In this document: positions 38,400 through 48,366 of the stretch, piece by piece
Layout: each line of letters begins with the position of its first letter
Position numbering within the stretch: position 1 is the stretch's first letter
From: Candidatus Binatia bacterium
Lineage (GTDB): Bacteria; Desulfobacterota; Binatia; Bin18
Length of the DNA: 64,000 nt
Reading direction: 5' to 3'
Assembly (NCBI GenBank): GCA_963664395.2
Contig: OY761159.2
Span: 1,632,001 to 1,696,000, forward strand
Made by a program: the position numbers and the translations under genes
Notes under the pieces: model-generated
What the model was told of the DNA's origin: nothing
Databases searched by the model: none
What the model saw: only the letters and a program-made list of their open reading frames with translations

Positions 38400-39011
38400 A
38401 TGGTACATCTCGTACTCCTTCGGCATGGCCAATCACAGTGGAACTTGGAAAACCGCTTTACCGGCTGGGTCGACGTGGCCCTGACGGAAAAGGGCGAGGA
38501 AGAGGCTCGGCAAGCCGGAGAAAAGATGAAAGCCGCCGGCCTGCACTTCGATACAACATTCACCTCAGTGCTGCAGCGTGCCATCCGAACACTCGAGTTG
38601 GCCTTAGAGGTGCTCGGGCAACCACAGCTTCCCCTTGAACAGGATCAGGCACTCAACGAACGCCATTACGGCGACCTGCAGGGACTCAATAAAGCCGAAA
38701 CCGCCAAGAAGTTTGGCGACGAGCAAGTGCGACTCTGGCGACGGAGCTATGATATTGCCCCGCCGGGCGGGGAAAGTCTGGAAAATACGGCAGCGCGGAC
38801 CCTCCCCTATTTGAAAGACAGGATTCTCCCAACGGTTCAATCCGGCCAGAACGTGTTGGTTGCCGCGCATGGCAACAGCTTGCGTTCCATCATCATGCAC
38901 CTCGATCAGTTAAACCGAGATGCAGTCGTCAGTCTTGAATTGGGAACCGGCGTCCCTGTGGTGTACGATATTGACGCTGAGGGAAACGTCCAGTCAAAGG
39001 AGATTTTGTAA
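38400..39011 (+). CDS. gpmA: 2,3-bisphosphoglycerate-dependent phosphoglycerate mutase
   Basis: LRHGQSQWNLENRFTGW, LNERHYG, WRRSYD, AHGNSLR. Confidence 0.95.
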   Translation: MVHLVLLRHGQSQWNLENRFTGWVDVALTEKGEEEARQAGEKMKAAGLHFDTTFTSVLQRAIRTLELALEVLGQPQLPLEQDQALNERHYGDLQGLNKAETAKKFGDEQVRLWRRSYDIAPPGGESLENTAARTLPYLKDRILPTVQSGQNVLVAAHGNSLRSIIMHLDQLNRDAVVSLELGTGVPVVYDIDAEGNVQSKEIL

Positions 39012-39019
39012 GACCGCGG

Positions 39020-39499
39020 CTACTGCGGGGCCAGGGAACGATATTTCCCCTGATAAAAGAGGAGCGGGTCGCCCGGTGACGTGACGAGCTTCTGAACCTC
39101 GCCAACATAAATCGTGTGATCTCCCCCCTCGTAAGCGTGGGCGACCGTGCACTCAAAATGCGCCAGCGCTCCATCGAGCAGGGCAACACCGAGTTCCCCG
39201 ACGCTATAGGATAAGCCCTCAAACTTCTCAATCCCTTTTGTCGCAAAACGAGTGGACAGCTCCTCTTGCCCCAGACTCAGGAAGTTGACGGCGAAGACCT
39301 TGGACTCCTCGAAACAATTGTAGCAATCTACGCCTTTATCAACACAGATTAAAAGCAGCGGCGGGTCCAGAGACAGCGAACTAAACGCATTTGCGGTGAG
39401 GCCAAACGGCTTGCCTGCGGTATCCTTCGTCGTGATGACGGTCACCCCGGTTGCAAACAACCCCATTGCGTTTCGCAAGTCTCGCCCATCAATTGCCAT
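39020..39499 (-). CDS. Flavin reductase family protein
   Basis: FATGVTVIT, SLSLDPPLLL, GGDHTIYVGEV. Confidence 0.92.
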   Translation of the reverse strand: MAIDGRDLRNAMGLFATGVTVITTKDTAGKPFGLTANAFSSLSLDPPLLLICVDKGVDCYNCFEESKVFAVNFLSLGQEELSTRFATKGIEKFEGLSYSVGELGVALLDGALAHFECTVAHAYEGGDHTIYVGEVQKLVTSPGDPLLFYQGKYRSLAPQ

Positions 39500-39523
39500 A
39501 CTGCCTCCCCGATAGGTAAAGTA

Positions 39524-39543
39524 GTTTCAAACCCGCCCCTACG
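39524..39543. repeat. Partial GTAG-type REP
   Basis: Reverse complement CGTAGGGGCGGGTTTGAAAC carries the GTAG foot and matches 21373-21389. Confidence 0.7.
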
Positions 39544-39599
39544 ACAGCTACCAGAGCGTCTCCCAGGCTGTCAATTGCTCGGCGCGTTGAGCGCGGGCA

Positions 39600-40721
39600 T
39601 TACTGATTCGCAGCCCCATGTCCCAGATTCGGTAGAGTCAGTGACCGAGCGACATCCTTGTCACATCCTGGAGCGCGGCCAAATACTTTTTGCCACACCG
39701 GCGCGGTTTCCATGCACATATACACCGGGACCTGGGGAGCAAGGGTGTTCAGCTGGGCGGTTAAGGTACGGTACATCTTGACGCGCAAGGCTTGAAAGGT
39801 GCGCCATTTGCCGTCCTTACAGACAACCTGCTCACCAGATAAGAGACGGGTGCGGGGGAAGCGGTGGCGCATGGCTTTCCGTAGGGTCGGGGTTATGCGT
39901 AAGCTGCCGAAACTGACCCAGGCGACACCCCGTGGATCAATGGCGCTAAAGACCTGCTCCATTGTCTGCTGATAATCCGTCTCCCACCCGGGATACTCGA
40001 TGAGGGGATCAAAGTGAAAACCCACTTTATAGCCAGCCTGCTGGACACGCCGGGCTGCACGTAAGCGCTCGGCAAACGACGCCGTGCCGTGCTCTTCCGT
40101 ATCTGCAATAGCTGGCGGAGTCAGGGTCCAAGACACCACGACGCGCCCGTGTGACGTGAGCGTGAGCAGATTGTCGATACAGTCGCTTTTCGTTTTGAGT
40201 TCCAGCAGGACGTTTTTCCGAGCGGCGAAAAACGGCACGAGGTCTGCCGAGAAACCTAAAAGAGCATCCAAGGCCAAGCTATCTGATAATTCACCGGTGC
40301 CGATACGAAACTGTCGCCACGGCTGACGATCGACGACTTTTGCCACTTCACCCAGCAGGTCGTCACTGTTCGTGAAGACTGTAAGCGTGGGATTATTGGC
40401 AAGATAGTCTTGTAAAAAACAATAGCTACAGTCCATCGGGCAGTTAGAGATCAGGCTGACGACAAGATAGTTGCAGCAGACCAGCCCGGGGGTTCCGGCT
40501 GGACAATGTTCGAGAAATTGTGCGCGTTGGCGGGTAAAAAACATGCGACGCTTGCCGACCCCAAACGGATCTTTTCCCTCTGGACGCACTTCCTTCTGTT
40601 CCCAATCTTTTTCAACAATGCGGACAGGCGTCTCCGGCAGCTTGGCTAACGCCCGTTGAACGACCGGAGCATCTTCCTCGCCGCGTTCGATGAGAATTTC
40701 AGTCGGTTGATACGTCAGCAT
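39600..40721 (-). CDS. Spore photoproduct lyase (SplB)-like radical SAM protein
   Basis: NCPMDCSYCFLQ (CxxxCxxC), GTGELSDSLALD, LELKTKS, VGFHFDP, YMCME. Confidence 0.8.
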   Translation of the reverse strand: MLTYQPTEILIERGEEDAPVVQRALAKLPETPVRIVEKDWEQKEVRPEGKDPFGVGKRRMFFTRQRAQFLEHCPAGTPGLVCCNYLVVSLISNCPMDCSYCFLQDYLANNPTLTVFTNSDDLLGEVAKVVDRQPWRQFRIGTGELSDSLALDALLGFSADLVPFFAARKNVLLELKTKSDCIDNLLTLTSHGRVVVSWTLTPPAIADTEEHGTASFAERLRAARRVQQAGYKVGFHFDPLIEYPGWETDYQQTMEQVFSAIDPRGVAWVSFGSLRITPTLRKAMRHRFPRTRLLSGEQVVCKDGKWRTFQALRVKMYRTLTAQLNTLAPQVPVYMCMETAPVWQKVFGRAPGCDKDVARSLTLPNLGHGAANQ

Positions 40722-40728
40722 ACGTCGG

Positions 40729-41283
40729 TTACACCTCATCCAGAGCGTCAAACACGCGCTGCCAGCGACCATCCTTGAGCCGCTGCTGAAGCTGCGAGAG
40801 ACGGTCTTGGAGTTCGTGAACATTTCTTGCCGTCAGTGTGACGGTCACCTCATCTCCTTCAAGGTCCGGCGGGAAAGATACCTGGACTGGCCTGCCCAAG
40901 TCGAGGGCCTTGACCGCTTGGCGGATATTTTCCTCCAGCCGTGTCAGACGTGGGTAGCGTCTCTTGCGCAACACCGCTTTGACCGCTTTGAGCTTGTCGT
41001 TGCGCGCCCCCGGTGTTGTCCGTGCTCTCCGGAGTGCTCTCTGTTCGAGAATGTCGGCAATGGCCTCCCCATCACGCACAGCAATCTCCTCTAACCAATC
41101 GAGCAAGTCCTTGAGGTGATTCTCACTGCATTGGAGGTCTTGCAGCAGGGAGAACAGAGCGGCCTGGTCTGCGGCTTGCCACGCCTGCCAGCGTGCCAGC
41201 GTCGTCAGGCTCAAACGTTTGCGCTGGGCATAGGCCGCAATCTGTTGAGCGGGCTGTTTCTCCTGCTCATGCAGTGTAGCCAT
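40729..41283 (-). CDS. Hypothetical helical protein in the GT2/SplB-like operon
   Basis: 184-aa ORF overlapping the GT2 stop and ending 7 nt before the radical SAM gene; KRRYPRL...FPPDLEG motif. Confidence 0.7.
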   Translation of the reverse strand: MATLHEQEKQPAQQIAAYAQRKRLSLTTLARWQAWQAADQAALFSLLQDLQCSENHLKDLLDWLEEIAVRDGEAIADILEQRALRRARTTPGARNDKLKAVKAVLRKRRYPRLTRLEENIRQAVKALDLGRPVQVSFPPDLEGDEVTVTLTARNVHELQDRLSQLQQRLKDGRWQRVFDALDEV

Positions 41284-42151
41284 ACGCCTCCTGTGCGTCG
41301 TCTCTTTGAACGTGGGGATAGTGCGCCATGAGGGCCAGATAGGGTTGCGCCGACTTTCCACGTTTGAGCGCTCCATTGGCCAGGATGCGACACTTTTTGT
41401 GTAGCATGCGTATGGTGGCGGCCCGTTGCTGGAGAGAGAGTCGGCCCGAATCAAGCAGTTTGCGCAGCGCTACCACCCGAAAACGATCCATTCCCCAAAA
41501 CTGGTGTGACAATTGATCGGCATGGCCGCCACGTTTCAGGACTAAAGGAGTATCAATCAGATGGACAGGCTCCTGCACGCCGAGGCGCAGCCACAGATCA
41601 TAATCTTCACACGCTGGGAGCTGCGTATCAAAGCCACCCACACGCTCAAACAATTCCCGGCGCAGCATCACTGCCGAAGGACTGACAAGACAGCGGTCTA
41701 AACTCCGGACAAAAATATCACCGTGCGGTTTTCGATGCTTATTGGGCGGATTGACACGGACCCCATGACGAATCCATATTTCCTCCGTCTGACAAATGTG
41801 AGCCGTAGGCTGAGCATCAAAAAAGGCAACCTGGCGGGCCAATTTTTCGGGCTGCCAGACATCGTCAGAATCAAGAAAGGCGAGCAGCCCGCCCTGACTG
41901 GCTGTCACCCCACGATTGCGCGCGGCGGAGACGCCCTGATGCGGCTGAAAGAGGTAGCGTATGGAATGGGGCCGCACGCCCGCAAATTCTTCAACGACCT
42001 GCCGGGTTGCGTCCCGAGCCGCGTGCGTTGATCCGTCGTCCACGACAATAATTTCGCTATCCTGATACGTCTGAGCCACGGCGGAGGCCAGCGCCTCACG
42101 CAGAAAGTCGGGGCGATTATAGGTTGGTATGACAGCCGAAACTCTAGGCAT
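41267..42151 (-). CDS. Glycosyltransferase family 2
   Basis: VSAVIPTYNR, IIVVDDGS, GVSAARNRG, AFLDSDD, EDYDLWLR. Confidence 0.92.
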   Translation of the reverse strand: MPRVSAVIPTYNRPDFLREALASAVAQTYQDSEIIVVDDGSTHAARDATRQVVEEFAGVRPHSIRYLFQPHQGVSAARNRGVTASQGGLLAFLDSDDVWQPEKLARQVAFFDAQPTAHICQTEEIWIRHGVRVNPPNKHRKPHGDIFVRSLDRCLVSPSAVMLRRELFERVGGFDTQLPACEDYDLWLRLGVQEPVHLIDTPLVLKRGGHADQLSHQFWGMDRFRVVALRKLLDSGRLSLQQRAATIRMLHKKCRILANGALKRGKSAQPYLALMAHYPHVQRDDAQEAYGYTA

Positions 42152-42758
42152 CTGCTTTCCCACTCGGACTGAGAGCCGCGGGCTGTGTTGGGGTCAGTGA
42201 GAGCATCGCCTGCCAGAGGGCGACTTTGCCACGGCCATCCCGAGCCGAAAAAAAGAGCAGCGGCTCGCCCCCGATTCGCTGCGTCAGGACCTTGCGCTGC
42301 TTTTCTCGCTGGTTGTGTTTGAGCTTGTCACATTTGGTTGCCACAAAGAGAAAGGGGCGGTTGTGATGGGCCAGAAATTCAGACAGCGCCAGCTCCTCTT
42401 CTTCCGGGCCACGCCGGATATCGATAATGATGACCACCCCACACAGGTTCGGCGCGTGTATGAGATAGTCTTCGATCAGACGCCGCCAGGCCGTGCGCTC
42501 GGATTTGGCAACTTTGGCATAGCCGTAGCCGGGCAGGTCAACAAAGGTCAGGGCATTATTGATGGTAAAAAAATTGAGCTGCCGTGTACGGCCCGGAGTA
42601 TGACTTGTCCGGGCGATTTTCTGGTTCAGGAGTTGGTTGATCAACGAGGACTTGCCGACATTCGAACGACCGGCAAAAGCGATTTCCGGCTGAGGGAGTT
42701 TCGGGTACAGTCCCGGTCGCATGGCTGCGCCGACAAACTCAACACTTGAAATTTTCAC
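42144..42758 (-). CDS. engB: Ribosome biogenesis GTPase YihA/YsxC
   Basis: GRSNVGKSS, TPGRT, DLPGYGYA, TKCDK. Confidence 0.95.
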   Translation of the reverse strand: MKISSVEFVGAAMRPGLYPKLPQPEIAFAGRSNVGKSSLINQLLNQKIARTSHTPGRTRQLNFFTINNALTFVDLPGYGYAKVAKSERTAWRRLIEDYLIHAPNLCGVVIIIDIRRGPEEEELALSEFLAHHNRPFLFVATKCDKLKHNQREKQRKVLTQRIGGEPLLFFSARDGRGKVALWQAMLSLTPTQPAALSPSGKADA

Positions 42759-42895
42759 GGTCTTGACTCACGCTACATTCATACGGCCCGAACAATATCT
42801 TCAGGGTTTGGAAAGGACCATGAAGGACCATGGCTGACATATCATATTTGTGCCACCTTGACTTCCGGCCTCCTGGCTTGTTTGTTTGAGCCCGT

Positions 42896-43291
42896 ATGAA
42901 AAACGAATTATTGGGACTGACCGTTACTGCCCTCGCAATATTATCCGCAGCAATTGTGTCCGGCCTGCGGCTCAAGCCCTACATTGATGCCGACGCAACG
43001 TATACTCCTGCTTCGTTTATGCTGTATCCAGCCCTGGCTGCCGTTCTGATTGCCATCCCGCTCGTCTTCTTACTCCGCACAGTACAAGGAACAAAAGAGA
43101 TTGCGCTCGGTCCTCTCAAATTCACACAGCGCACCCCGTTTATGGCATTGTGGTGTATCTTGTATATTGTCGTTGCCGTGACCTTCTTCCCCTACGAAGG
43201 GCCTGAAGAGTCCGACCTCTTGCCTGAGCCTTCCCACCAGGAAGATACCGGGTCTCCATTAAATCAACCAGTTCATCTTCCACTGCCATGA
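42896..43291 (+). CDS. Hypothetical membrane protein
   Basis: Three hydrophobic segments; fills the gap at the start of a + strand gene run. Confidence 0.6.
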   Translation: MKNELLGLTVTALAILSAAIVSGLRLKPYIDADATYTPASFMLYPALAAVLIAIPLVFLLRTVQGTKEIALGPLKFTQRTPFMALWCILYIVVAVTFFPYEGPEESDLLPEPSHQEDTGSPLNQPVHLPLP

Positions 43292-43310
43292 GAGAACAAA
43301 AGAGAAGAGA

Positions 43311-43784
43311 ATGGAAGAGCACAGAAAAGAACAGAGCGGTGAAGAGACACCTGACGCAGATTTTCAGCATCCCGATAAGGAACCGGCCGTGACCGATTTC
43401 CAGCCCCACCTCGATCCATTCCAGGCGCTGTTAGGTCTTCACCTCGATACCGTGAAGCCGGAATTCTGCCGTATCTGCCTTCCCTTCAAATCCGATCTGC
43501 GTACCGCCGGCGATGTTGTTCACGGTGGGGCTATTGCCACCCTGATTGATAGCGCCGGGGTAGTCGCTGCCTGGTCTAATGCCGACCCCGGTGCAACCCG
43601 TGGAGCAACAGCAAATATCTCGGTCAGCTATTTATCGGCAGCCCACGCCGTTGATATCATCGCTGAAGCCAGGGTCATTCGGCGCGGACGGAGTCTCGTC
43701 TTTGTTGAGGTCGATGTTACGTCGCCGACTGGAGAGCCGATTGCCAAGGGTATGGTCACGTATAAGTTGGGATATAGCGTATGA
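43311..43784 (+). CDS. PaaI family thioesterase
   Basis: VHGGAIATLIDSAG hotdog-fold motif. Confidence 0.88.
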   Translation: MEEHRKEQSGEETPDADFQHPDKEPAVTDFQPHLDPFQALLGLHLDTVKPEFCRICLPFKSDLRTAGDVVHGGAIATLIDSAGVVAAWSNADPGATRGATANISVSYLSAAHAVDIIAEARVIRRGRSLVFVEVDVTSPTGEPIAKGMVTYKLGYSV

Positions 43785-44806
43785 CTCAATCGTCGCCTGA
43801 TCACTTCGTACAGCCGGATTTTTCGCCACCTGCTGTGTCTCCCCGGACCGTTCCCACAATCCCACCCATCCATATCATCCTGTTTGGGGCGACCCTCTTC
43901 ACCACAACGCTCGCCGGGACTTTTCAAGAAGGTGGCGACCCATTCAGCGATCCGGCTGCGCTGGTGTCAGGTTTGCCTTTTGCACTCACCCTCATGCTTA
44001 TTTTGCTCAGTCACGAGATGGGGCATTACGTCCTGGCCCGCATCCACGGCGTCTGGGCCAGCCTGCCGTATTTCATTCCTGGGCCACCGTTCTTTGTTGG
44101 GACTTTTGGCGCGTTTATTCGCATGAAATCGGCCCCGGCCAATCGATGTGCATTGTTTGATATTGGCGCGGCCGGCCCCTGGGCCGGGGTCGTCTTCGCC
44201 ATTCCGGCTGTTGTCGTTGGTCTGGCGCTCTCCGAGGTGCGCCCGCTCGATCCTTTTTCGGGCGGAATCATTCTCGGCGACTCTGTCCTGTTCTCTACCT
44301 TAACATCGCTCGTTCTTGGCGTTTCCGCTGATGATGTCAGCGTCATACTCCATCCGATTGCGCTGGCCGGTTGGTTTGGCCTGTTTGTCACCTTTCTCAA
44401 TCTCCTGCCGGTTGGGCAACTCGATGGCGGCCATGTTGTCTACTCGCTCTTTGGGTCGGCTCACCGCTGGGTCGCGCGAGCCTTTCTGCTGGTTATTCTG
44501 GTGCTGGGTTTTCAGGGCTGGCAGGGCTGGTTTGTGTGGGTCGTCCTGTTAGCCGTCTTGGGCATCGATCATCCGCCGACAGACGAGCAGGTGTTGCCCC
44601 TTGATCGCAAGCGGACCATCTATGGCTGGTGTACGGTTGGGCTCTTTGTCTTGACTTTTACGCCCGTCCCCATCACCTTGACCGAGGGTTTGACACTCCC
44701 GGCGGGAGATGTCACTCCTGTGGCTCATAACCCGACGGCGTATTACAGCGGGCAGCAACCCGTCTCGTCGCCGTCGTCAGCCTGGACTGTGGTGTATCAA
44801 CCATGA
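43781..44806 (+). CDS. Site-2 protease family (M50) membrane metalloprotease
   Basis: [33 protein letters not shown]. Confidence 0.92.
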   Translation: MTQSSPDHFVQPDFSPPAVSPRTVPTIPPIHIILFGATLFTTTLAGTFQEGGDPFSDPAALVSGLPFALTLMLILLSHEMGHYVLARIHGVWASLPYFIPGPPFFVGTFGAFIRMKSAPANRCALFDIGAAGPWAGVVFAIPAVVVGLALSEVRPLDPFSGGIILGDSVLFSTLTSLVLGVSADDVSVILHPIALAGWFGLFVTFLNLLPVGQLDGGHVVYSLFGSAHRWVARAFLLVILVLGFQGWQGWFVWVVLLAVLGIDHPPTDEQVLPLDRKRTIYGWCTVGLFVLTFTPVPITLTEGLTLPAGDVTPVAHNPTAYYSGQQPVSSPSSAWTVVYQP

Positions 44807-45264
44807 CTGATCGGACAGAGCGTCTTTCGTGGCATCAATACTTTATGACCATTACGCGCCAGGTGGCCGAGCGTTCGACCTGCCAACGCGCCAGGGTTGG
44901 GGCCGTCATCGTTCGCGAGCGGAATATTCTGACTACGGGCTACAACGGTGCGCCGGCCGGCATGCCCCATTGCACCGAGGTTGGCTGCCTGATTTACGAA
45001 TCAAAGACCCCGACCGGGGAGACCGAGGAAAACTGCTACCGGACCATCCACGCGGAAATCAATGCTATTGCACAAGCGGCAAAAAATGGCACCAATATCA
45101 GTGGGGCGGATATCTATGTGACCCACACCCCGTGTATCCATTGTCTCAAAGTGCTAGTGAATACCGGCATCCGGCGCATCTTTTACGAGAAGGCGTATAA
45201 GCTGCACACCACACAGGAATTGCTGGCTTCCTCTCAGGTCGAATTGCAGCAAGTTGAACAGTAA
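44803..45264 (+). CDS. dCMP deaminase / ComEB family zinc deaminase
   Basis: RSTC, TGYNGAP, HAEINAI, PCIHC. Confidence 0.9.
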   Translation: MTDRTERLSWHQYFMTITRQVAERSTCQRARVGAVIVRERNILTTGYNGAPAGMPHCTEVGCLIYESKTPTGETEENCYRTIHAEINAIAQAAKNGTNISGADIYVTHTPCIHCLKVLVNTGIRRIFYEKAYKLHTTQELLASSQVELQQVEQ

Positions 45265-45341
45265 ACGGGCGAACGGGTACGGCTCAGTTGAGCGCAGCCG
45301 TCACCAGCTTCCGACTTGGCCGGGACTCCGAGCCAGCGTCT

Positions 45342-45494
45342 CTATTTTTTTGTTTCGGCTGATTGGGCTACGGGTTGAGCGGACAACCCCTCATAGGCGT
45401 CGAATTGCTTGGCAGCCGCAAATAACAGCGCGGACAAGACAAGCGCGGTAATGAGCATATCGAGGGCACTGAGCCCGGCTTGGCTCTTGATCAC
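45342..45494 (-). CDS. Small (50 aa) prepilin-like membrane protein, not in the ORF track
   Basis: GGAG RBS, GTG start; MIKSQAG^LSALDMLITALVLSALLFAAAKQFDAYEGLSAQPVAQSAETKK*; starts 19 nt after the acyltransferase stop. Confidence 0.6.
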   Translation of the reverse strand: MIKSQAGLSALDMLITALVLSALLFAAAKQFDAYEGLSAQPVAQSAETKK

Positions 45495-45513
45495 AGTTCT
45501 ACTCCATATACGG

Positions 45514-46548
45514 CTAGCTGTAGATGGGCGGGTCTCCGTCCGGACGACGCTTCCAACGCTTGTGTATCCACAGCCAGTGCTCGGGATGTTGTTCGACCAT
45601 AGCCTGAAATACGGCCGTACACTTTTCGGTGGTTGCCCGGATGTCCTCTTCCTGATTACCAGTCCGGACCGGTTCGATCAACGGTAAGATCACGACCTTA
45701 TGCTTGCACGAACCGTTCTCGCGAATCAGAAAAGCCGGCACAATGGGAACTCCGGTCGTCAACGCCAGACCGGCCAGGCCGGCCGAGGTCGAAGCCAGCC
45801 GCGAAAAAAACGGCACGAACACGCCCAGCCGCCCGGACGCGTTCTGATCGACCGCCGCAACAACAAGACTTTTTTTCTTAATCGCCCGCAAGACCTCAAG
45901 ACCGGCCGTAGTCTTCTTAATGACCTTGGTCCCGCACCGTTCGCGCTCTGTGGTCAGTACCTTTTCAATAAAAACATTCTGCAAACGACGATGGATGATG
46001 TGCGCAGGCAGGCCGTAACACGCAACCGCATGGGCGAAGAGTTCCCAGTTGCCAAAATGTCCGGTCAGAATCAGCGCACCAGTGGCGCGCAGCGGCTCAA
46101 CCAGTTGGCGCCATTCCGCTTCGTTCTCGAGCTGCACCCGCTCGTGAATATTCTCCGGGGTGAGGGAACGTAAATGGCAAAACTCAGCCAGTAAGCGGCC
46201 AAGGTTCCGAAAACTCTCACGCAAAATACGGTGCTGTTCAGCTGTACTCTTTGCCGGAAAAGCAAGCGCCAGATTCGTCAGCCCCACCTTACGATGCGGC
46301 CAGTCTATCCAGTAGAGGAGATTCCCAATGCCTTCACCCACCCGAAACGCGACGCGAAATGGCACCACACGAAGGCAGGTGAAGAGGGCAAGGAACAGCA
46401 CATATTCGATCCGAGCAAGAGTATTATTTTTCTCACGAGCCGGACGGGTGATTTTTTTTCGGCGGGGTCGTTCCCGTTGAGGAACAGCCTGCTCGGTCCG
46501 GGCAGGCACAGCAGGATCTTGTGCGGCAGCCATGATCCCTTCTGGCAT
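45514..46548 (-). CDS. Lipid A biosynthesis (LpxL/HtrB-type) acyltransferase
   Basis: TGHFGNWEL, VDQN, PEHWLWIHKRWK. Confidence 0.9.
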   Translation of the reverse strand: MPEGIMAAAQDPAVPARTEQAVPQRERPRRKKITRPAREKNNTLARIEYVLFLALFTCLRVVPFRVAFRVGEGIGNLLYWIDWPHRKVGLTNLALAFPAKSTAEQHRILRESFRNLGRLLAEFCHLRSLTPENIHERVQLENEAEWRQLVEPLRATGALILTGHFGNWELFAHAVACYGLPAHIIHRRLQNVFIEKVLTTERERCGTKVIKKTTAGLEVLRAIKKKSLVVAAVDQNASGRLGVFVPFFSRLASTSAGLAGLALTTGVPIVPAFLIRENGSCKHKVVILPLIEPVRTGNQEEDIRATTEKCTAVFQAMVEQHPEHWLWIHKRWKRRPDGDPPIYS

Positions 46549-46575
46549 GACTACGAGATATGCCAGGAATGACGG

Positions 46576-47145
46576 TTACGCTGCGGGTGCATCAGAAAAC
46601 GAAAAGCCAAACGCTTCCCGTTCCTTGGCCACCAAGTCAGCAACGACCTGCCGATCAATATCTCGGTAGCGTTGGAGGGTTTCCCGCATTTTTTCTTCAC
46701 CACCGTTTGCTCTCGCCATCTCTTTCAGCTCGTCTTTGATCCAGCCGATATGCCATTTTTCGTCTTTGGTCACTTCGTGTAAGATTTCGAGCGTCTCAGG
46801 ATCGGCATCCGACCGTTGGGCGTGTTCAATATATCGGCGCTGGGCGCGCTCTTCGACCACGACCGTGAGAGCGAAGAGATCAATCAACGAGCGAGGAATG
46901 CCAACGGCTTTGCCGATGCGGGTTTGGTAGCCATCATCAATAGGGACTGGTTCAAAACCCAGGTCGGTAATACGTTTCGTCCACAACCAGGCGTGACGGG
47001 TTTCGTCAGCGAGATGCCGAGATAATTTGACTTGTGACTCAGTATCTTCGACTCGCAGCGTCAATTTTAGCAGGAGTGTCGCACCCCGTAGCTCAGCATC
47101 ACGGTAATAGCTATACAAATGAATCATCCGAGTATCTATAGACAT
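46576..47145 (-). CDS. Ferritin-like diiron domain protein
   Basis: DAE...DETRH and VEE...DEKWH paired ExxH motifs. Confidence 0.8.
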   Translation of the reverse strand: MSIDTRMIHLYSYYRDAELRGATLLLKLTLRVEDTESQVKLSRHLADETRHAWLWTKRITDLGFEPVPIDDGYQTRIGKAVGIPRSLIDLFALTVVVEERAQRRYIEHAQRSDADPETLEILHEVTKDEKWHIGWIKDELKEMARANGGEEKMRETLQRYRDIDRQVVADLVAKEREAFGFSFSDAPAA

Positions 47146-47307
47146 ATTATGTCCACCCTCCACCCAGAGGGCTCCGGTCTCTTCCCGGCGGGAAGAGACT
47201 TTCACCACCACAGGCTTCTCCCGGTATAGAGCAATGGTCACAGGAAAGCAAGAACCTCAACATTGCGCTAAGCATCGACAAATACTTCATTTTTTTGTAC
47301 CGTAAGG

Positions 47308-48366
47308 ATGATGGAGTTGACTCTCCTCCCTGTAAAAGATTCCTCCTTTCGGCTGAATGTTGTGCTCTGGAGCGGATTGCTGTGTATTTTGCACGGCCTG
47401 ACCGGCTGTGGGGAGAGCGCAGACACCCGACTGGTGGCCCGGCCGGCTGGGCCCTATCATATTACGCTTGATCTTGGAGCAACCGTCCCGCGGGCTGGCC
47501 AAGAAACGACCCTCACCTTTCACATTACCCATACGAAGACGCAACAACCGGTGTCCGACTTACAGATATTGCACCAACGAGCACTCCACACCTTTATTGT
47601 GAGCCGTGATTTATCCACCTTTGCCCACACTCACCACGAGGACTATACTCCGTTCACCGACCAGGACCGGCAGCTCGCCCGTTTCCGTTTCCCATACACT
47701 TTTCCCAAAGCGGGACACTATTTCATCGTCAACGAGTTTACCCACAAGAATAGAAGTTGGACCAAACATTTCACGCTGACGGTCACGGGAGAGCCTGGCC
47801 CGCCGCCTCCCAAGCCTGTCCTGAGCACAGTCGAAGGGCACGACGTGCGCCAGGAAAAACGATTCGGTTCGTATCGCGTTTCCTTACGCACTTCGCCTTC
47901 TCCGCCCATTGCCGGCCACGAGGTAGAGATTGTGTGCCATCTCAGCGCCGCAGATGGCACTCCGGTCAAGAATTTGGGTCTCTATCTTGGAACCGAAGTC
48001 CATATGGCAAGCTGGCGCCTGGACGGCGAGCATTTCGGCCATCAGCATACATACACGTCGGAGATGGCCCGTTTTATGGAAGGCATGCGCGGGCATAGCA
48101 TGTCGTCAGACCAGATGGCCCGACTCATGGTACAGCTCATGAGCCGTCCGACAAAGCAGGAGTATTTTGGCCCGGACGTACCGCTGCATCATGTCTTCCC
48201 CACCGCTGGCGTGTATAAAGTCTTCTTGGAGTTTGCACCCAATGGGGAGTATCTGCCGGTCGATTTTCTGATCACTGTCGCCGAATATGCAGACGACGCA
48301 GATACAACTATTCATTCTGTCCTGCAAGAATCGGCAAACCAGCCGGACAGTGAGGCTCTTTTGTGA
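47308..48366 (+). CDS. Secreted/lipoprotein with two His-motif repeats, putative heavy-metal binding
   Basis: LTGC lipobox-like; LHTFIVSRDLSTFAHTHHE...FPKAGHY and VHMASWRLDGEHFGHQH...FPTAGVYKVF; Met-rich segment. Confidence 0.65.
   Translation: MMELTLLPVKDSSFRLNVVLWSGLLCILHGLTGCGESADTRLVARPAGPYHITLDLGATVPRAGQETTLTFHITHTKTQQPVSDLQILHQRALHTFIVSRDLSTFAHTHHEDYTPFTDQDRQLARFRFPYTFPKAGHYFIVNEFTHKNRSWTKHFTLTVTGEPGPPPPKPVLSTVEGHDVRQEKRFGSYRVSLRTSPSPPIAGHEVEIVCHLSAADGTPVKNLGLYLGTEVHMASWRLDGEHFGHQHTYTSEMARFMEGMRGHSMSSDQMARLMVQLMSRPTKQEYFGPDVPLHHVFPTAGVYKVFLEFAPNGEYLPVDFLITVAEYADDADTTIHSVLQESANQPDSEALL
47814..47838. repeat. REP-like element inside a CDS (in frame, PVLSTVEG)
   Basis: GCCTGTCCTGAGCACAGTCGAAGGG, same family as 26262 and 61316. 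Confidence 0.78.

Noticed and set aside
42839-42856. Sigma54 promoter upstream of engB (TGGCAC on the minus strand)
   Set aside because: The -12 element reads TGAT rather than TGC(A/T).
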